A stretch of 64,000 bases of DNA from Candidatus Eiseniibacteriota bacterium (lineage in GTDB: Bacteria; Eisenbacteria; RBG-16-71-46; CAIMUX01; VGJL01). The stretch's first letter is position 1. The number at the start of each line of letters is the position of its first letter. The stretch is from NCBI GenBank assembly GCA_034679345.1, contig JAXDAY010000015.1:82631-146630 (forward strand). Direction: 5' to 3'. A program made the position numbers and the translations under genes. The notes beneath the pieces were generated by a model. That model was not told where the DNA came from and did no database searches. It was given only the letters and a program-made list of their open reading frames with translations. Of this stretch, positions 8,533 through 16,799 are shown piece by piece.

Positions 8533-9213
8533 TTACTCCTCTTCCGGCGGAAGTCGTCGCAGGTTCGCCTCGCGCAGGTCGCGACAGAGCTGGGCGAGCC
8601 CGATGACGATATTCTCGTTTCTCACCACGACATCAGACGGCATTTCGAGTCGAATGGGGGCGAAGTTCCAGATCGCCTGGATTCCGGCCCTGGCGAGGCG
8701 GTGAGCGACCTCCTGGGCGTCCTCGGGAGAGACGCATAGCACTGCGAGACGGATCTGGAAGATCGAGATCACATCCTCGAGCTGCTCCATCGGGAGGATC
8801 CGCAGACCGCTCACGAAGCGGCCGACCTTCTGGGGATCGTGATCGAATACGGCGACGATTCGCATCCCGTAAGGGCCGAATCCCTCGTACGATGCGATCG
8901 CCGAACCCAACCGCCCCATTCCGATCAACACGGCGGTGTTGACCGGCCGCAAGCCCAGGACATGCTCCGCGACATCCCGGACTTGCTCGGCGGGCAACGT
9001 CCCTTCGGAGACCTCCACACCCAGGTGCCCCGCATCCTCCAGCACCTGCGCGTCGGATATCTCCAACTGGACAGCGGCCTCGCTGACGGCGATCTCCCCT
9101 TCGCCAGCGCGGATCGCCCGCTCGCTCAGGCGATAGTAGTGAGGCAGCCGCGACCGGAGTGACCGCGGAAGCTTCCGTTCCCCGCTGACAAATGATCCTG
9201 TCGGTTCGGCCAA
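8533..9213 (-). CDS. Rex-family (redox-sensing repressor-like) protein, divergent paralog
   Basis: RLPHYYRLS N-terminus, Rossmann motif VLIGMGRLGSAI, AVFDHDPQKVG and AIWNFAP are collinear with canonical Rex. The DNA-recognition helix region is not conserved (see findings). Confidence 0.7.
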   Translation of the reverse strand: MAEPTGSFVSGERKLPRSLRSRLPHYYRLSERAIRAGEGEIAVSEAAVQLEISDAQVLEDAGHLGVEVSEGTLPAEQVRDVAEHVLGLRPVNTAVLIGMGRLGSAIASYEGFGPYGMRIVAVFDHDPQKVGRFVSGLRILPMEQLEDVISIFQIRLAVLCVSPEDAQEVAHRLARAGIQAIWNFAPIRLEMPSDVVVRNENIVIGLAQLCRDLREANLRRLPPEEE

Positions 9214-9355
9214 GTCGTCACCTCCGGGCTCCGGTCCGGTTCGTTCCCGGACGCGCCAATCCGTCCGAGGTTAGGCGGCCGGCGGCCCCCATTCAAGCGT
9301 CGCCCGGCCAGACGCCGAGCGGGGGCGCCTTCGCCCTTCGGGGGGGCGCCTCATT

Positions 9356-10741
9356 GTGGTAAAATCGATATGGCTCGCAAGATGGCCTGCCGGGGAGGTC
9401 GGTTTGCATCATCGTCTCCAGCACCCGCTCCGTCGTTTCACCTGCCTCATCGGCCTCACGGCCGCCCCCCTCGTCGCAAGCTCGAGCACGTGGACGATTC
9501 ACGCAGACGGCACGGGAGACTACCCAACGATCCAGGAAGCGATCGATCACGCAGCGACCGGAGACACCATTCTGGTGACGCCGGGACGCTATCCCGCTCA
9601 CCTCTGGATCGAGTCGAAGTCGATCGTCCTCGTCTCGACCGAGGGGCCGGAGGCCACCATCCTCACGGGCGAGGGGAGGCGCGACGCTGGGCCGGTCGTC
9701 CACTTCTTCTTCGAGGAGGCCTCGGGTTCGGTCATCGAAGGCTTCACGATCGAGGACGGCGAGACCGGCATCCAGTGCACGTCTGCATCGCCCCTGATCT
9801 ACGGCAACCTCATCCGTCGCAACCAGAGCGCCCTGGGAGCCGGCGTCTGCTGCATCTTCGGAAGCCGGGCCCGGATCGTCGAGAACCGGATCGTCGAGAA
9901 CCGGACCAGCTACCACTGCTGTTTCCCGAGCAGGGGAGGAGGAATCTACGCCGACGAAGACTCGGCCGTTCTCGTGCGGGGCAACCTGATCGCCGGCAAC
10001 CGCTGCGCGGGCGAGTGCCTCGGAGGAGGAATCTCCTGCTTCGTCGGCGAGATTCAAGGCAACACCATCGTCGGCAATGCCTCGGACGGCCCAGGCGGAG
10101 GCGTTGAGCTTCCTTACCTCGGTGTGACGTTTTTCGGGAACATCGTCGCCTGGAACCGCTCGGCCGAGTTCGGGGACGGAATCGTTGTCTTCCGGAGCGC
10201 CGATCTCTTCTGCAACGACTTCTGGGCCAACGGGGAGGAGGACTACTGGGGCGTGGAGCCTGGCGACGGCGACTTCTCCGCCGATCCGCTCTTTTGCGGG
10301 TTCCCGGGCGCGGGCCGGCTCGATCCCGCGATCTACGATTCCTCGAGCTTCGAGCTGCGTGCCGGATCCCCATGCATCGAAGGCCATCACCCGGATGGGA
10401 TCGCCTGCGGGGGGATCGGGGCCTACCTCGAGGGCTGCTCCAAGAGGGGGATCGCCACCGCCGGCGGCACGAATGCCGTGCCGAGCAAGATCCGGATCTT
10501 CCCGAATCCCATGCGCGGCGCCACATCGATCCGCCTTGCCCAGGGCCCGGGGGCCGAATCGCCGATCGCCGAGATCTTCAATGCAGCGGGTCGCCGGGTT
10601 GCGCGTCTCCATCCCGAGCCAAGCGGGTTCGCCCACTGGCAGGGCCGGACCGACGCCGGGGATCTCGTTCCCGCCGGCATCTACTTCGTGCGGCTGAGTC
10701 CGGGTTCGTTCCCTGCCGGATCGATCCTGGTCGTTCGATAA
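9356..10741 (+). CDS. Secreted right-handed parallel beta-helix repeat protein with a FlgD-Ig/T9SS-type C-terminal domain
   Basis: Signal-like LIGLTAAPLVASSS, then DGTGDYPTIQEAIDHAATGDTILVTPGRY and repeated G.N.I.GN beta-helix turns. The C-terminus reads FPNPMRGATSIRL...AGIYFVRL. The exact start is uncertain (an alternative TTG lies near 9403). Confidence 0.7.
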   Translation: MVKSIWLARWPAGEVGLHHRLQHPLRRFTCLIGLTAAPLVASSSTWTIHADGTGDYPTIQEAIDHAATGDTILVTPGRYPAHLWIESKSIVLVSTEGPEATILTGEGRRDAGPVVHFFFEEASGSVIEGFTIEDGETGIQCTSASPLIYGNLIRRNQSALGAGVCCIFGSRARIVENRIVENRTSYHCCFPSRGGGIYADEDSAVLVRGNLIAGNRCAGECLGGGISCFVGEIQGNTIVGNASDGPGGGVELPYLGVTFFGNIVAWNRSAEFGDGIVVFRSADLFCNDFWANGEEDYWGVEPGDGDFSADPLFCGFPGAGRLDPAIYDSSSFELRAGSPCIEGHHPDGIACGGIGAYLEGCSKRGIATAGGTNAVPSKIRIFPNPMRGATSIRLAQGPGAESPIAEIFNAAGRRVARLHPEPSGFAHWQGRTDAGDLVPAGIYFVRLSPGSFPAGSILVVR

Positions 10742-10803
10742 ATCGATCGTTCGGGCCGGGAGGCCCGGCGAAGCTTGGAGCCCGCAACAGAGGAGGCCAT
10801 GAG

Positions 10804-12912
10804 ATGTGTTCCCCGGCGCGCGTTCGCCTCGCCGTCGCACTCTGCCTGCCCGTCCTGGCAGCGCTTGCGACCCTAGCCCATTCCCCATGCCTCGCCGCCC
10901 CCGAGTGGAGCGCCGATGAGGAAATCCGGCAGATCCAGGAGGAGATTCAGCAGAACGGTTGGGGGTGGACGGCCGGACATACCGGCGTTTCCGATCTCAC
11001 CCCTGCGGAGAAGCAGGCGATGCTGGGACTCATCCCGATGAGTGAGGAGGAGCGGCGCGCCCGCTCGAGCGGCGAGGTGATCGCCCTGCCAGAGCGGGAA
11101 CTGCCCGTCTCCTATGACTGGCGGGCCCTCGGCGGGATGACGGGAGCGCGAAACCAGGGAGGTTGCGGCAGTTGCTGGGCCTTCGCCGGAACCGGCGCGT
11201 TCGAGTCCATGATCAAGATCTACAAGGGTCTCGACACGGACCTCTCGGAACAGCAGATCCTCGTCTGCAACGAGTGGGGCGGAAACTGCGACGGCGGCCA
11301 GTCCGAGGCATGTTACTACGTGCAGATGTCGATGGGCCAGGTCCATGAGACGAGCATGCCCTACACCGGCAACGACACGGCTCCCTGCAACGACGACGAG
11401 TACGACTCGGTCGAGTACATCCAGGGCTACCAGATGGTCCCGAACATCATGGCCAACTTGAAGACCGCCATCCTCACCGGCCCGATCGCGGTGAACGTCT
11501 ACGCCCCGAACTCCCTCTTCTACTACACGGGCGGCTGCTTCCAGTACTCCGGCTCCGGCACGGTCAACCACTGCGTGGTCCTCTGCGGATGGGATGACAA
11601 CGCATGCAGCGGACAGGGGGCCTGGCTCTTCAAGAACAGCTGGGGCGCGAGCTGGGGCGAGGGCGGCTATTGCTGGATGCGCTATGGCGATTGCTACCTC
11701 GGACAGGGCGCGAATCTAATTCTCTACACTCCCTCCCTCTACACGCGCCTCGGGTTCAACGCCGCCACCGTCACCGGCGGGAACGCCAACGGCGTCCTCG
11801 ATCCCGGCGAGACGGGCACGCTGCAGATCACACTGCGCAACTTCGGGCGCACGTCGGGAACCGGGATCGCCGCGACCCTCACCTGCGCCGATCCGGAGAT
11901 CACCATCATCGACGGGAACGCCACGTTCCCGAACATCGCCCCCTGGGCGGTCGGCGTCTCGACGGCGCCTCACTTCCAGGTCCAGGCCTCCGGCTCCGCC
12001 GCAGGCGCCATCGATTTCACGCTGACGATCTCGTGCGCCGAAGAGGACCCGCAGACGAGCACCTTCCCGCTGTTCATCGGGCCGACGCTCACCGTCTACG
12101 AGCAGGGTTTCGAGTCCGGCGAGGGAAGCTGGACCCACGGCGGCACCGTCGATGACTGGCGCAGGGCGACGCCGCGAACGAAGTACACCAAGCCGGACCC
12201 CGTCCAGGCCGCCGGGGGGCTCTACTGCTTCGGAAACGACCTGAACGAGGCGGGAAGCTACAACACCCTCTATGAGAACAGCTCCAACTGCTACCTCGAG
12301 TCGCCCGCGATCAACTGCTCCGGCCGCAGCGACGTCCACCTCTCGATCCGCCGGTTCCTGACGGTGGAGGAGGGCCTCTACGACCATGCGCGGCTCAAGG
12401 TGAATGGAACGGAGATCTTCGCCAATCCGTCGAATGGGAACTTCCGGGACACGGGGTGGGAGACTCTCGTCTACGACATCTCGGCGATCGCCGACGACAA
12501 CCCCTCCGTGCGGGTCCGCTTCGAGACGCAGAGCGATGCGGGACTCCGTTTCGGTGGCTGGGCAGTCGACGATATCCGCGTCTTCGTGCCGGATGCCCCG
12601 GCCGCGGACGCGCTTGATCTCGACATCGCCCCGCGGTCGCTCGGGATCTCGGCCGTGCCCAACCCGTTCAATCCGATGACAACGATCCGCCTGGCAGTTC
12701 CCGCTCCGGGAGGATCCCCGGCGATCCGAGTCCTCGACCCGACCGGAAGGCAAGTCGGCTCGATCCAGACCGGCCTGCTCGCGCCCGGGGTCCATATGCT
12801 GCCCTGGGAGGGCCGGGACGGCGCGGGCAAACTCCTACCGAGCGGCGTCTACTTCGTACACGCCTCGCTGGGGCTCGAGTCGAGCGTCCAGCGACTGGTC
12901 ATCCTCCGTTGA
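10804..12912 (+). CDS. Secreted papain-family (C1) cysteine peptidase with Ig-like and lectin/MAM-like domains and a FlgD-Ig/T9SS-type C-terminal domain
   Basis: ATG 10804 is preceded by AGGAGG. There is a signal peptide (LAVALCLPVLAALATLA), catalytic Cys in QGGCGSCWAFAG, His in VNHCVVLCGWD and Asn/Trp in KNSWGASWGEGGY. The C-terminus reads VPNPFNPMTTIRL...SGVYFVHASL. The 5' part of track ORF 10294.. is an open-frame artefact. Confidence 0.85.
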   Translation: MCSPARVRLAVALCLPVLAALATLAHSPCLAAPEWSADEEIRQIQEEIQQNGWGWTAGHTGVSDLTPAEKQAMLGLIPMSEEERRARSSGEVIALPERELPVSYDWRALGGMTGARNQGGCGSCWAFAGTGAFESMIKIYKGLDTDLSEQQILVCNEWGGNCDGGQSEACYYVQMSMGQVHETSMPYTGNDTAPCNDDEYDSVEYIQGYQMVPNIMANLKTAILTGPIAVNVYAPNSLFYYTGGCFQYSGSGTVNHCVVLCGWDDNACSGQGAWLFKNSWGASWGEGGYCWMRYGDCYLGQGANLILYTPSLYTRLGFNAATVTGGNANGVLDPGETGTLQITLRNFGRTSGTGIAATLTCADPEITIIDGNATFPNIAPWAVGVSTAPHFQVQASGSAAGAIDFTLTISCAEEDPQTSTFPLFIGPTLTVYEQGFESGEGSWTHGGTVDDWRRATPRTKYTKPDPVQAAGGLYCFGNDLNEAGSYNTLYENSSNCYLESPAINCSGRSDVHLSIRRFLTVEEGLYDHARLKVNGTEIFANPSNGNFRDTGWETLVYDISAIADDNPSVRVRFETQSDAGLRFGGWAVDDIRVFVPDAPAADALDLDIAPRSLGISAVPNPFNPMTTIRLAVPAPGGSPAIRVLDPTGRQVGSIQTGLLAPGVHMLPWEGRDGAGKLLPSGVYFVHASLGLESSVQRLVILR

Positions 12913-12936
12913 TGACTTTCGGCTCTGATTCCACGA

Positions 12937-12963
12937 GGGGGGGCGCGGAGTGCGCGCCCCCTC
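12937..12963 (+). terminator. GC-rich hairpin downstream of the peptidase gene (possible intrinsic terminator, no U-tract)
   Basis: An 11-bp stem (GGGGGGGCGCG / CGCGCCCCCTC, one G-U pair) with a 5-nt loop, 25 nt after the stop codon, between convergent genes. Confidence 0.35.
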
Positions 12964-13120
12964 CGCATGATGGGAACAACGATGTTCACGCCCCATCCTG
13001 AGGGACGCGCGGCGGCTGAGTGCGCGCGGATGGCCTGACCACCCTCTCGTTTAGGCACCTATCGGCACCTATTTGGTTATCTCGCATCTAAAGACACCTG
13101 TAATCATCCCTGAGGTGAGG

Positions 13121-14350
13121 TCATGACGCTCCATTCTCTGGCTCTGGATCCCGGGGATTGACCCCCCGACCATACACGGCGAAGTAGAGCGTCCCCACTG
13201 CCCCACACGCAAAGGCCGTCCAGAGATTCCACTTCGGATCGATTCTCCAGAGAAGTCCTCCGAGGAAGGCGGCCAGACTCACGATCAGGTCACGGGTGAG
13301 GTAGTAGGCACCGACCGTACGGGCTTCGATTCCGGGGTGGGCAAGATCGACGATGAGCGCCTTGCGCGTCGGCTCCCCGAACTCCTTGAGCCCCCGCAAG
13401 ACGAACGCCGCGACGAGAAGCGGCATCGTCTTCGAGGCGTAGAGGGCGAGCGGGAAGAGGGTGAAGAATGCGAAGGTCGCGAGAACGAACGGCTTTCTTT
13501 CGCCGCGGTCGCTGAAGTGGGCGACTGGGATATAGATCAGCGCGGCGGTCGCCATCTCGATCGCCGAGAGGAGCCCGAACTCGGGCGCCGAGCGCCCGGC
13601 GATGTCGATCACCCAGAGCACGACGAAGGCGTAGGGAATCTGCTCGCAGAACCGGATCAGGATATCCGAGACGAGCAACCGCTTCAGCCGGGAATCGAAT
13701 CGCCGCAGGAGCGTCAGGGGGTGGATCCACTCGTACGGCTTCCCCGTCTCCTCCAGCATGCGCTGCTGCACGAGCAGGGCGACCAGGGCCAGGACGAGCG
13801 CGATCGCGAAGGAGATCCGCACCCCCGCCTCGACTCCATAGCCGGCGATCAGCGCCCCGCCGATGACGGGCCCCAGGGCCATCGGGATCCGACGTATAAG
13901 AGAATGCATCGAGACGCCCATCGCCCGCTTCGATCTCGGCAGGACCCGGGCGAGGAGACTCATCGTCGCGGGGAGAGAAATCGAGGACCAGGCCAGGAAG
14001 AACACCGCCGCGATGAGGACCGCCGGCCAACTCGGAACGAGCACCACGATCGCATAGCCGGCCATCGCCACCAGGTTGAAGAGCGCCAGCGCCTTCTTGG
14101 TCCCCAGCTTGTCCGAGAGAATCCCCCCGGGTAGCGCCCAGAGCGCCCCCAGGAGGTTCTCCATTGCCCCGTAGAGCCCGATCACGACGGCCGTCCCGCC
14201 CAGCGTCTGGAGGTACTTGGGGATGAAGCGCGACCCAATCCGCTCGCCGAGGCCGATCAGAACGACCATGCCGAAGAGGAGGGCAAGCTCCCTCTGGAGT
14301 CCGAGATACGTCAGGACTCTCCTCGCGATGCCGCGCCGCGCCTCGCTCAT
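13121..14350 (-). CDS. MFS transporter
   Basis: 409 aa with about 12 predicted TM helices and an MFS-type loop 2-3 (GILSDKLGTKK). Confidence 0.85.
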   Translation of the reverse strand: MSEARRGIARRVLTYLGLQRELALLFGMVVLIGLGERIGSRFIPKYLQTLGGTAVVIGLYGAMENLLGALWALPGGILSDKLGTKKALALFNLVAMAGYAIVVLVPSWPAVLIAAVFFLAWSSISLPATMSLLARVLPRSKRAMGVSMHSLIRRIPMALGPVIGGALIAGYGVEAGVRISFAIALVLALVALLVQQRMLEETGKPYEWIHPLTLLRRFDSRLKRLLVSDILIRFCEQIPYAFVVLWVIDIAGRSAPEFGLLSAIEMATAALIYIPVAHFSDRGERKPFVLATFAFFTLFPLALYASKTMPLLVAAFVLRGLKEFGEPTRKALIVDLAHPGIEARTVGAYYLTRDLIVSLAAFLGGLLWRIDPKWNLWTAFACGAVGTLYFAVYGRGVNPRDPEPENGAS

Positions 14351-14475
14351 GGCCGGCAGGCTACCCCCCTTCCGCGTTCATCGCTACACTCCGACAGGGG
14401 GCCCCTTTCGGATCGATCCCGAACCGGGAGACTCGTATCCATGGGGGATGCCCGCTAACCGGAGGTGGATGGGAT

Positions 14476-15678
14476 ATGTCGCGGACGCAGGAGCTGATCT
14501 CTTTGGCGGAGACTTTTGGCGCTCATAACTACCACCCTCTCGACGTCGTGATCGAGAAGGCGGAAGGGGTTTGGGTTTACGACGTCGAGGGGAAGAAGTA
14601 TCTCGACTGCCTCTCGGCCTACTCAGCCGTGAACCAAGGACACCGCCATCCAAAGGTGATCGCGGCGATGGTCGAGCAGGCGGGACGGGTGACGCTCACA
14701 TCCAGGGCCTTCCACAACGACCAGCTCGGCCCCTTCCTGAGGGAGCTGACTGACCTCTGTCGGATGGAGATGGCCCTGCCGATGAACACGGGCGCGGAGG
14801 CCGTGGAGACCGCGATCAAGGCCTGTCGGAAGTGGGCTTACGAGGTCAAGAAGATCCCGGCGGGAGCGGCGGAGATCATCGTCTGCTCCAACAACTTTCA
14901 TGGCCGGACGACCACGATCGTCGGTTTCAGCAGTGAAGAGCAGTACCGGCAGGGATTCGGGCCGTTCACGCCCGGCTTCGTGATGGTCCCCTACGGGAAC
15001 CTCGATGCCTTCCAGCGCGCAATCACGCCGAACACCGCGGGATTCCTCTTCGAGCCGATCCAGGGCGAGGGCGGGGTGATCGTCCCTCCCGACGGCTATC
15101 TCCGCAAGACCCGCGACCTGTGCAAGAAGCAGCGGATCCTCTGGCTCGACGACGAGATCCAGACCGGCTTCGGCCGGACCGGCAAGCTCTTCTGTTGCGA
15201 GTGGGAGGGAATCTCCGATCCCGACCTCCTGATCCTCGGCAAGGCGTTGGGAGGGGGGCTCTACCCCGTGTCCGCGGTCGTTGGCAGCAAGGAGATCCTC
15301 GGCGTCTTCCGTCCGGGCGATCACGGATCGACATTCGGCGGCAATCCGCTCGCCTGCGCGATCGCGCGCGCGGCCCTGCGGATCATCCGCGATGAGAGGC
15401 TCGTCGAGCGCTCCGCTGATCTCGGCGGCTACTTCATGGACCGCCTCCGAGCGATCCCCTCCCCGCACGTGAGCGAGGTTCGCGGTCGAGGTCTCCTGGT
15501 CGGAGTGGAGATCAAGAAGGCCTCGGGCCCGGCCCGGCCCTACTGCGAGAAGCTCCGCGATCTCGGCATCCTCTGCAAGGAGACGCACGAGCAGGTGATC
15601 CGCTTCGCCCCGCCGCTGGTCATCGAGAAGGAGGAGATTGACTGGATGCTCTCGCGAGTGGCCCAGGTGCTTGCATGA
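14476..15678 (+). CDS. rocD: Ornithine aminotransferase (ornithine--oxo-acid transaminase)
   Basis: N-terminus ...FGAHNYHPLDVVIEKAEGVWVYDVEGKKYLDCLSAYSAVNQGHRHPKV, class-III aminotransferase motifs and a PLP lysine region (ILGKALGGG). GGAGGTG lies upstream of the ATG. Confidence 0.9.
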   Translation: MSRTQELISLAETFGAHNYHPLDVVIEKAEGVWVYDVEGKKYLDCLSAYSAVNQGHRHPKVIAAMVEQAGRVTLTSRAFHNDQLGPFLRELTDLCRMEMALPMNTGAEAVETAIKACRKWAYEVKKIPAGAAEIIVCSNNFHGRTTTIVGFSSEEQYRQGFGPFTPGFVMVPYGNLDAFQRAITPNTAGFLFEPIQGEGGVIVPPDGYLRKTRDLCKKQRILWLDDEIQTGFGRTGKLFCCEWEGISDPDLLILGKALGGGLYPVSAVVGSKEILGVFRPGDHGSTFGGNPLACAIARAALRIIRDERLVERSADLGGYFMDRLRAIPSPHVSEVRGRGLLVGVEIKKASGPARPYCEKLRDLGILCKETHEQVIRFAPPLVIEKEEIDWMLSRVAQVLA

Positions 15679-16742
15679 CCCTGGCTCCGCGATGCGCGGC
15701 GGCGTTGATCGCGATGGCGCTTCTCGCACCGCTCTGCGGCCGCGTCGCCGAGGCGCGTCTTCCCGCGCTCGGCATCGACGGCGTGGGTAACTTCTATGTG
15801 ACCCTCCGCGCCGCGAGCGCCGCCGCGCCCTCGAGCTCCGTCCCCCCCCTCCTCCGCGGGCCGGCCGATCGGCTGCGGAGCCTGGTGGAGTTCCTTCCCG
15901 ACAGCCTGCCGCTTCGCACCGAGGCGAAGACGGTCCTCATCGTTCACCGGAGGAACCCCAAGTATCGGTCTCATGTGGAGCGCCTGCTCTGGCGCAGGCT
16001 CGATCCCTACCTATCGGCTCCTGGATCCCCGGCGGAGATCCCTGGCATCATCTCGGGGGCGGCCGTCGACCTGAAACCGCTCTGCCATGAGGGGGCCGAC
16101 TCGATCCGCGTGGTCCTTGCCGACCTCTATCGATCCGCTTTTCCCCTCTTTCAGTCATCGCTCTGGCCAGCGGCCCGGCGGGACCTCGAGCTGTGGAGCA
16201 GCGCCTTCGATGATTCCATCCGCCCCGGCGAAGATCGACTCCTGGGGAACATCTCGCGCGTTCTCGCCTTGCCGCTGCCAGATTCCACCAAGGTCCGGAT
16301 CCGGCTCGTCAAGGATCGGCTCCCGGAAGGCAACGGCATATACAGCGCGCCCGATGGAGGCTATCTGATCCTCGTGGAGTGCGAGGAGCCAGTCCTCGGG
16401 CGGGGAGCGATCCTTCTTCTCCGGCGCTACTTGAGGGTAGCCGACGCCCTAGCGCCGGCGGACGCCGTCTCCGCTCCCCGGCGGCTCGCCGGGGCGATCG
16501 ATGCGCTCGCATCGGGAGAGGCGGCTGCAATCGCCGGACTGCCGGATGCCTTTCTCGATTACGTCGTCGCGCGTGCGCTCGAATCGAGCCTTGGCTGGTC
16601 GATCCCTCCGATTGCCCCGGAACAGGAACGGGTCCAGTCGGTTATCAAGAGACATTGGGACGCTTACCTCGCAGGTGGAATCACGATGGAAACCGCCTGC
16701 AAGGCGATCGTCTCGGACGCAGCCGATCGATCACCCCCCTGA
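15675..16742 (+). CDS. Hypothetical secreted protein
   Basis: 355-aa ORF with a signal peptide (AALIAMALLAPLCGRVAEA) and a 4-nt overlap with the rocD stop. No recognisable motifs. Confidence 0.55.
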   Translation: MTLAPRCAAALIAMALLAPLCGRVAEARLPALGIDGVGNFYVTLRAASAAAPSSSVPPLLRGPADRLRSLVEFLPDSLPLRTEAKTVLIVHRRNPKYRSHVERLLWRRLDPYLSAPGSPAEIPGIISGAAVDLKPLCHEGADSIRVVLADLYRSAFPLFQSSLWPAARRDLELWSSAFDDSIRPGEDRLLGNISRVLALPLPDSTKVRIRLVKDRLPEGNGIYSAPDGGYLILVECEEPVLGRGAILLLRRYLRVADALAPADAVSAPRRLAGAIDALASGEAAAIAGLPDAFLDYVVARALESSLGWSIPPIAPEQERVQSVIKRHWDAYLAGGITMETACKAIVSDAADRSPP

Positions 16743-16799
16743 TCGGAGCGGCCGGCTCCCCCCTGAGGGGTGCGGTCGCGCCTGGAGGTCGAACTCACG

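Noticed and set aside
9330-9355. A possible Rex operator (TTGTGGTAAAATCGATA) upstream of the Rex-like gene and beta-helix gene
   Set aside because: Only the first half resembles TTGTGAA. There is no matching inverted half-site.
10294-10803. 5' extensions of track ORFs (also 41908-42186 for ileS, 36844-37056 for gyrB, 22544-22690 for corA and 27132-27332 for the bactofilin)
   Set aside because: In each case an internal ATG with a good RBS, a signal peptide or conserved N-terminus, or an ATGA coupling to the upstream gene marks the real start. The extensions overlap neighbouring genes and look like open-frame artefacts.
9293-10888. A 531-aa minus-strand ORF overlapping the beta-helix gene
   Set aside because: It is antisense to a gene with a signal peptide, beta-helix repeats and a conserved C-terminal sorting domain, and it has no recognisable motifs.
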